Shown piece after piece: positions 57,773-63,718 of a stretch of 63,718 nt of DNA. The stretch spans positions 1 to 63,718 of the forward strand of contig JAZSEC010000061.1 in NCBI GenBank assembly GCA_045531485.1, read 5' to 3'. Position 1 is the first letter of the stretch, and each line of letters begins with the position of its first letter. The DNA comes from Eubacteriales bacterium. Lineage in GTDB: Bacteria; Bacillota; Clostridia; Oscillospirales; CAG-272. The translations under genes and the position numbers were made by a program. Below the pieces are notes generated by a model. It was given only the letters and a program-made list of their open reading frames with translations. It was not told where the DNA came from and did not search any database.

Positions 57773-60700
57773 ATGAATAACACCACTCGAAAAAGAAGCA
57801 TAAAGCTTATCTGCAGCCTTTGTCTTATTATGTTGGCTGTCGGTCTGACCTGCATTCTTTCGCCCATAAGGACGGACGCTATAAATGCCACGGCGATTAC
57901 TCTTACCGCTACCGATGGCTCACAGACCATTCTTAATGCATCTGAAAATGCAGAAGGCCCGGGCTACACCTGGGATGGGGAGAGTGCGACCCTGACCCTT
58001 AACGGTTATAATGGCAGAAGCATTTTCACCGATGGAGATATTAATCTTCACCTGATAGGTGAAAGCACCCTTACACTTGACCCGACCGAGCAGAACTCGG
58101 GTCTATTTGGCATTAATCTTGACAACACGGGCGGTAAGGCGACTATAACCGCCGATGAGGGCGGTACGCTTAATATCGTCGGTGACATCCAGACCCACTT
58201 TTCCGCAGTGACGGGTAGCGTGCTGTTCAAGAGCGGTACTCTTAATATTGACGTTACCACCTCCGGCGGAGGCTTCCTCTACGGCTTCGAGCGTAACGTA
58301 AGCTTTGACCGTGGGGGAACAGGCAGAGTAGAAATAAACGTGGATATTGAGCGCACCGTGGATTCAAGCGGCCTGATCTACGGCTTCTACAACGGAATGA
58401 ATATTGCCGAGAGAAGTGACGTTGAGGTCAACGTGGATCTTGTAGGCTCGGAGAACGATACGGTTATCGCCTTCAACTATCTTGACGTTTACAAATCATC
58501 TCCCAGAATAGTGGCGACTGCCGACAACAGCGGCGGTCTTGCAAAATACCGTATGGTAGTAGACTCGCTTCAGGCTATGTCGCTCACCGAGGGCGGCTAC
58601 GTTGAGCTGAACGGCACCGTGGGAATGAACTCTATCGGTAGCTCAACCAGCGTAAATACCGTTACCACCACTCCCGAGAATAACGACTACATTTGGCTTG
58701 AGTACGATAACAGTGCAATGTATTCGGGCGATTATATTCTCTCCACCCTTGACGGTGCGATTTGCGAAAAGACTGTCTTTGAATACAGCGACACTCCCGC
58801 CGAGCTTAAATGGGTAGGCGAAAATCATATTTCTATTCCATCAGGCAAGGTTGACGACAACTTCTCGGTTAACCTTCTCGCCGCTATCAGAGGTACCAGC
58901 ACCTATGACGGCTACTATCTTAAGGCGCAGGTGACGGATGGACAGCTTCCCGAGGGACTTTATATTGCATACCAGGGCGGTCTGCTTAACGGTAGCTTTT
59001 CCTCTCCCTGTAAGGCGGGTAGCGTTACCATCCTCTTCACCGATAAGAACGGCACTCCCTACGACTATTCCGATGACAGAAGCATAGAGTTTACCCTGGA
59101 TTACGGTGCAGTTGCCGATAAGGACAGATTCCTTTACGTAGGCGACAGCGATCCCGTCGAGATGAAGAACGATGGCTCCGGTGCAGGCTGGAGCTATGAC
59201 GGTGAAGCCAAGACCCTGACCCTTAACGGATATAACGGCGGTCCCATCTCCACCGAGGGTGTGCTTAATATTCATCTTAAGGGCAATAACACCGTAACTC
59301 TTACAGACGAAAAGACCTACGGTATCTACTCGACCTACTCCACCGGTGATGTAAATATCTCGGCAGAGGCAGGCGGTACTCTTAATATCAAGACTCCCAA
59401 TAATTATACCAAGTCCTTTACAGGTATCGACGCGGCGATCACGATGCATAGCGGTACCGTTAATATGGATCTCGCCTCCGACTTTACAGGCGACTGGTCT
59501 TTCGTAGGTATTGCTAAGCAAGGTTATCTCGGCTTTACCGACAGCGGTATGCAGAAGAGCTGGAGCGTTAAGGTGAGAAACAATGGCGACCCCGCCATTA
59601 TCGGCGAGACTAAGGTACGTCTTTACGGTAACTACAACAACTCTCTGCGTATCGAAAATTGCTCCAATGTTGAGATGAACGTGGATATAAGAGGTAATGA
59701 GTACACCGAGATCCACGGCATCAGCAATCTTATCGTCTATAATTCCTCTCCCATCATTACCGTTTTTACCGATAACAGCGGCGGCGCCTTTGATTGCTTT
59801 GCCATCGACGGTATTACGGCTATGACTCTTGCCGAGGGCGGCAGACTTGATCTTACGGGTAAGGTGCTTGCTAACGGTCTTCCTTACTCCCAGAGTCCTC
59901 ATACCGTAACCACCACCCCCGAGAATAACAGTTATTTCTGGAAGGACACCAATCCTAACTATTACAACGAGAGCTTCTATATGGCAGACACCGACGGCAA
60001 CATCATTGATCGCGTGGTGTTTGAGTATTCGGCAGAGCAGGCTCCTCTTAAGTGGATGGGCGGCACACACTTCGATATTCCTGCAGGTGCTGTGGGCGAC
60101 TATATCGGCCTTAACCTCTGGGCGGGTCTCAGAGGCGGCAATTCGCCTACCTACGGCTCTTATTACTGGAGCTTTGAGATCCTCGAGGGCAGACTGCCCG
60201 GCGAGATGGATTTCTCCTCCTATACCTCCTATAGCGGAAGGCTGAACGGCCAGGTGACCACACCTATCACAGCCGGCTTTGCCAAGATCAGAGCCACCGA
60301 TAGGGCAGGCACCTACGACACCGCCGACGACAGATCGGTTGAGTTTATAATCAGCTACGGTGCATTTAATACCAATAATCCCGTAAGCGGCCTTGAATTA
60401 AGCAAGGACACCATCACTCTTGACAACGTTGGCACAGGCGAGATCCTCGCCATCGTAACTCCCTCCAATGCGGCTTATCCTAACGTCGAGGCGACGCTTG
60501 AGGGCGGAGGCGGTGAGATATCCGTACTCGTCGGCGAGCCCCAGGACGGTGTAAGCACCATCGCAATTAAATCCTTCGGTACTCCCGGTACCTACACCGT
60601 GAAAATCAGAACCGTGGAGCTTGGAATCACCAAGACCCTTACGGTAAAGGTAAAGGAGGCAACTCCCAACCTGTCTGTTAACTACATATATGAAAGACTG

Positions 60701-63700
60701 ACAGGTCTTAATATCGGTGCAACCTATAAGGTCACAGGAGAGGGCATCAACACCCAGTTCACTGCCGAGGATATTATATACAGCATTCCCGAGGCCTGGA
60801 TCGGCAAGACAATTAACGTAGTCCGTGTGAATGACGGTGGCCTTGACAGCGTGGCACAGGTGATTTCTATTCCCGCACGTCCCGCGGCACCCACCGGTAT
60901 TGAAAAGACCGATGCAAAATCCTTCGACAGCACCGACGGTGAGCTGTTCGGTCTTGACAACACAATGCAGTATAAGCCCTCCTCCGACGACGGCTGGATC
61001 TACTGCTGGACAAGTAAGATATATCTCGGTACGGGCAGCTATGACGTAAGATATGCACCTACCAACAGCACCTTTGCAAGTAATAAGGTAACGGTGAATA
61101 TCGGCTACGGCAAGCTTGCCTTCGAGGACAGAGCATCCTTCGATATTCCCGAGGGCTACTCCAATACAACCTGGGGCATAGATCTCAGCCCTGCGGTAAG
61201 CGGTGGTAAGGCACCCTACACCTACTCTATCGAGGGACCCGCCTGGATCACCGTTGATTCCGACGGATATATGAAGGCAATCCGTCCTGCGATTGATACT
61301 TCCGCAACCACCGCCAAGATCACCGTTACCGATGCCGATTCGGATAGCAAGACCATAACAGTTAACGTCGGCACTGTAACCGTTCCCCACGTTTGTAAAT
61401 TCGATCAGCAGGTTGCTACTCCCGGCTATATGCTGAGCGGTGCGGATTGCACGAACAAGGCGGTATATTACTACAGCTGTAGCTGTGGTGCTCTTGGTAG
61501 CACCACCTTCGAGCATGGCGAGGCTCTCGGTCACAACTACGTTGAGAAGATCGTTGATAACGCACATCTTAAGGCGGCTGCTGCCGACTGCCAGCACTTT
61601 GACAGCTATTGGTACGATTGCACCCGTTGTGAGAGCATCAGCAACACCCGTTCCTATGAAACACAGACCAGAGGCTCTCATAAATATTCCTCCACCTTCG
61701 AGCATAAGGCCTCGGGCGGTCACGCACACGTGTGTACCGTTCAGGGCTGTGGAGCCATTGATACGCTTATTCCCCATACCCCCGGACCCGAGGCGACAGA
61801 GCATAATCCTCAGATCTGTACGGTATGCGAATTTGTAATAGTAAATACCCTTGCCCACGTTCATAAGCCCCAGATCTCCTGGAGCAGAGATGATGATAGC
61901 CACTGGCACGAGTGCGTTGGCACCGACGGCTATCGCTTCGATGAGGCAGCACATATCTACGACGACGTCTGTGATAAGGACTGTAACGAGTGCGGTGCGG
62001 TAAGAGTTCCCACCTCCCACGTGGAGCAGGCAGTATGGGTAAAGGACGCCGATACTCATAAGCTGATTCATAATTGCTGTGGCACGGTAGTGGTAGCCGA
62101 GGAGGCTCACTCCTGGAGTGACGGTGTATGCTCCGACTGTGCATACGCCTGCCAGCATACCGATGCAAATCACGACCACGTCTGTGACGTATGTGGCGAC
62201 ACCGTCGGCACCCACGAGGCAGCGGCAGGTAAGCATACCTGCGATCACTGTGGCAAGCCGGTTACCCAGTGTAACGATGGCAATACCGACCATAAGTGTG
62301 ACACATGCGGTGCTTCTATGGGTACTCACGAGGCGGCGGCAGGCAAGCATATCTGCGACTACTGTAACAAGACCGTAACCGAGTGTAGTGACGGTAACAC
62401 CGATCATAAGTGTGATACCTGCGGTGCATCTATGGGTACTCACGAGGCGGCGGCAGGCAAGCATATCTGCGACTACTGTAATAAGACCGTAACTCAGTGT
62501 AATGACGGCAACACCGACCACATGTGTGACACCTGCGGTGCTTCTATGGGCACTCACCAGGCTGCAGCAGGTAAGCACACCTGCGACTACTGCTCGGGCA
62601 CTGTTACCGAGTGCATTGACGTTAACACCGACCATAAGTGTGACACATGCGGTATGTCTATGGGCATACACGAGGCAGCAAGTGGCAAGCATACCTGCGA
62701 CTATTGCTCGGGTACTGTAACCCAGTGTAAGGACGACAATACCGACCATAAGTGTGACACATGCGGTGCATCTATGGGTACTCACCAGGCGGCAAGCGGC
62801 AAGCACACCTGCGACTACTGTTTGGGCACTGTTACCGAGTGCATTGACGTTAACACCGACCATAAGTGTGACACATGCGGTACGTCTATGGGCATACACG
62901 AGGCGGCAAGCGGTAAGCACACCTGTGATTATTGCTCCAAGACCGTAACCGAGTGCTCCGACACCAGTGGTGACGGTAACTGCGACGTATGTGGTAAGAA
63001 GATCGGCGATTGTATCGACGATAACAGGGATCATCGCTGTGACAAGCACGGCGAAAGCATGGGCACTCACGAGCCCGCTCTCGGTACTCACACATGTAGC
63101 TACTGCGGTGTGACCATGACTCAGTGCCTGGATATAAACAACGATCATAGGTGCGACACCTGCGGTGTGACCGTAAGCGATCATCATGCAGAGGAAAACG
63201 GTCACCTCTGTGACATTTGTGGCATAGCACTCAGCGAATGTAACGATGCTAACGGCGATCACCTCTGTGACATTTGTGGCATAGCACTCAGCGAATGCAA
63301 CGATGCTAACGGCGACCACCTTTGTGACATTTGTGGCATAGCACTCAGCGAATGTAACGATGCTAACGGCGACCACCTTTGCGACGTATGCGGCGAGGCA
63401 GTAAGCGAATGCTCGGATAATGATTCTGACGGCATCTGTGACGTATGTGGTGCAGCTCTTAATACACCCGAGAATCCCGATAATCCCGATAATCCCGAAA
63501 ATCCCGAAAATCCCGATAATCCCGATAATCCCGATAATCCCGACACACCCGATAATCCCGATAAACCTGATACACCCGATAATCCCGGTGGTTCCACGGA
63601 CGGAACAACAGCACCCGTTGTAACCCCTACGCCCCCCGCAACAACAGCCCCCACAACAACAGCCCCTAACGAAGAGAAGAGCTGCGGAGGCTTTACGGCT

Positions 63701-63718
63701 GTAGGTGCGCTCCTTGCG
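57773..63718 (+). CDS. Giant secreted/surface repeat protein, 5' partial in the window (>1982 aa, open at the window end)
   Basis: Not in the ORF track because no stop is reached. ATG 57773 lies 6 nt after GGAGGG. The signal peptide is MNNTTRKRSIKLICSLCLIMLAVGLTCILSPIRTDA. The frame (position mod 3 = 2) was read open by hand at several points. No track ORF uses this frame downstream. The end of the window translates cleanly (PENPDNPDN...TTAPNEEKSCGGFTAVGALLA). Confidence 0.85.
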   Translation, partial: MNNTTRKRSIKLICSLCLIMLAVGLTCILSPIRTDAINATAITLTATDGSQTILNASENAEGPGYTWDGESATLTLNGYNGRSIFTDGDINLHLIGESTLTLDPTEQNSGLFGINLDNTGGKATITADEGGTLNIVGDIQTHFSAVTGSVLFKSGTLNIDVTTSGGGFLYGFERNVSFDRGGTGRVEINVDIERTVDSSGLIYGFYNGMNIAERSDVEVNVDLVGSENDTVIAFNYLDVYKSSPRIVATADNSGGLAKYRMVVDSLQAMSLTEGGYVELNGTVGMNSIGSSTSVNTVTTTPENNDYIWLEYDNSAMYSGDYILSTLDGAICEKTVFEYSDTPAELKWVGENHISIPSGKVDDNFSVNLLAAIRGTSTYDGYYLKAQVTDGQLPEGLYIAYQGGLLNGSFSSPCKAGSVTILFTDKNGTPYDYSDDRSIEFTLDYGAVADKDRFLYVGDSDPVEMKNDGSGAGWSYDGEAKTLTLNGYNGGPISTEGVLNIHLKGNNTVTLTDEKTYGIYSTYSTGDVNISAEAGGTLNIKTPNNYTKSFTGIDAAITMHSGTVNMDLASDFTGDWSFVGIAKQGYLGFTDSGMQKSWSVKVRNNGDPAIIGETKVRLYGNYNNSLRIENCSNVEMNVDIRGNEYTEIHGISNLIVYNSSPIITVFTDNSGGAFDCFAIDGITAMTLAEGGRLDLTGKVLANGLPYSQSPHTVTTTPENNSYFWKDTNPNYYNESFYMADTDGNIIDRVVFEYSAEQAPLKWMGGTHFDIPAGAVGDYIGLNLWAGLRGGNSPTYGSYYWSFEILEGRLPGEMDFSSYTSYSGRLNGQVTTPITAGFAKIRATDRAGTYDTADDRSVEFIISYGAFNTNNPVSGLELSKDTITLDNVGTGEILAIVTPSNAAYPNVEATLEGGGGEISVLVGEPQDGVSTIAIKSFGTPGTYTVKIRTVELGITKTLTVKVKEATPNLSVNYIYERLTGLNIGATYKVTGEGINTQFTAEDIIYSIPEAWIGKTINVVRVNDGGLDSVAQVISIPARPAAPTGIEKTDAKSFDSTDGELFGLDNTMQYKPSSDDGWIYCWTSKIYLGTGSYDVRYAPTNSTFASNKVTVNIGYGKLAFEDRASFDIPEGYSNTTWGIDLSPAVSGGKAPYTYSIEGPAWITVDSDGYMKAIRPAIDTSATTAKITVTDADSDSKTITVNVGTVTVPHVCKFDQQVATPGYMLSGADCTNKAVYYYSCSCGALGSTTFEHGEALGHNYVEKIVDNAHLKAAAADCQHFDSYWYDCTRCESISNTRSYETQTRGSHKYSSTFEHKASGGHAHVCTVQGCGAIDTLIPHTPGPEATEHNPQICTVCEFVIVNTLAHVHKPQISWSRDDDSHWHECVGTDGYRFDEAAHIYDDVCDKDCNECGAVRVPTSHVEQAVWVKDADTHKLIHNCCGTVVVAEEAHSWSDGVCSDCAYACQHTDANHDHVCDVCGDTVGTHEAAAGKHTCDHCGKPVTQCNDGNTDHKCDTCGASMGTHEAAAGKHICDYCNKTVTECSDGNTDHKCDTCGASMGTHEAAAGKHICDYCNKTVTQCNDGNTDHMCDTCGASMGTHQAAAGKHTCDYCSGTVTECIDVNTDHKCDTCGMSMGIHEAASGKHTCDYCSGTVTQCKDDNTDHKCDTCGASMGTHQAASGKHTCDYCLGTVTECIDVNTDHKCDTCGTSMGIHEAASGKHTCDYCSKTVTECSDTSGDGNCDVCGKKIGDCIDDNRDHRCDKHGESMGTHEPALGTHTCSYCGVTMTQCLDINNDHRCDTCGVTVSDHHAEENGHLCDICGIALSECNDANGDHLCDICGIALSECNDANGDHLCDICGIALSECNDANGDHLCDVCGEAVSECSDNDSDGICDVCGAALNTPENPDNPDNPENPENPDNPDNPDNPDTPDNPDKPDTPDNPGGSTDGTTAPVVTPTPPATTAPTTTAPNEEKSCGGFTAVGALLA
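62207..62890 (+). repeat. Six tandem 114-bp (38-aa) in-frame repeats, with degenerate copies on both sides (about 62150-63199)
   Basis: Unit starts verified at 62207, 62321, 62435, 62549, 62663 and 62777. The unit is GTHEAAAGKH-x-CDYC-xx-TVT-x-C-x-D-x-NTDHKCDTCGASM. Confidence 0.9.
63200..63427 (+). repeat. Four tandem 57-bp (19-aa) in-frame repeats, near-identical
   Basis: HLCDICGIALSECNDANGD units. The equivalent GGC codon recurs at 63254, 63311 and 63368. The last copy has diverged (HLCDVCGEAVSECSDNDSD). Confidence 0.9.
63467..63586 (+). repeat. 9-bp (Pro-Asp/Glu-Asn) microsatellite-like in-frame repeat
   Basis: PENPDNPDNPENPENPDNPDNPDNPDTPDNPDKPDTPDNP. Confidence 0.9.

Noticed and set aside
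57768-57776. Mini-ORF ATG-TTA-TGA overlapping the start of the giant gene
   Set aside because: Its ATG is only 1-2 nt from the GGAGGG RBS, which is too close. The ATG at 57773 has proper spacing and opens the long frame.
60398-63376. 992-aa minus-strand ORF (and the 409-aa ORF at 58841-60070)
   Set aside because: Both lie antisense to the long plus-strand frame that starts at 57773 with an RBS and a signal peptide. The repeats translate into a coherent Cys/His motif only on the plus strand. The minus-strand product is Val/Thr/Ala/Cys-rich with no start context.
1-63718. Mobile elements, prophage, defence islands, and tRNA or rRNA genes
   Set aside because: No transposase, integrase, recombinase, phage structural, restriction-modification, Cas or other recognisable defence ORFs appear on either strand. 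I saw no cloverleaf-like or rRNA-like sequence, and no terminal inverted repeats beyond the small element at 8312-8508.

Overview
This is a 63.7-kb chromosomal segment, probably a whole contig, since base 1 is the A of an ATG and the last 5.9 kb is an ORF still open at the window end. The content points to an anaerobic Firmicute of the Clostridia (inference): a SCIFF locus, a T-box-controlled ileS, clostridial-type Rex boxes in front of adhE, desulfoferrodoxin, a PPi-type phosphofructokinase signature and secreted pectin-active enzymes. I call 47 protein-coding genes, two of them absent from the supplied ORF track. One is the 48-aa SCIFF precursor at 1-147. The other is a >1982-aa secreted repeat protein at 57773-63718, which has no stop codon inside the window. 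I also call three cis-regulatory RNAs (Ile T-box, cobalamin riboswitch, guanine-type purine riboswitch), about 20 intrinsic terminators, several near-consensus sigma-A promoters and some candidate operators. I saw no rRNA or tRNA genes, no CRISPR array, and no transposase, integrase or phage genes. Most genes are housekeeping or metabolic: ileS, birA, dusB, addA, adhE, PFK, ktrAB, trxA, dfx, ferritin, zupT, a small alarmone synthetase, two GPH transporters and two CrtI-like flavoproteins. The most interesting items are these. (1) A self-contained two-gene cassette at 53.8-55.2 kb encodes a 60-aa peptide with a strict (CX3)5C C-terminal repeat and a 366-aa radical SAM/SPASM enzyme that lacks any N-terminal leader-recognition domain. 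It is a second, non-canonical relative of the canonical SCIFF pair at 1-1637. (2) A guanine-type purine riboswitch at 41.13-41.23 kb (minus strand) has a pbuE-like ON architecture. It controls a 99-aa 3-TM SemiSWEET-sized membrane protein followed 3 nt later by a TGS/uridine-kinase fusion protein. (3) A cobalamin riboswitch, preceded by twin palindromes, drives a DUF4430 lipoprotein and a small membrane protein. (4) A giant surface protein carries 114-bp and 57-bp tandem repeats encoding a Cys/His/Asp motif. Related Cys modules decorate three other secreted enzymes in the window. Very long antisense shadow ORFs (up to 1024 aa opposite adhE) are pervasive, and I rejected them as genes.
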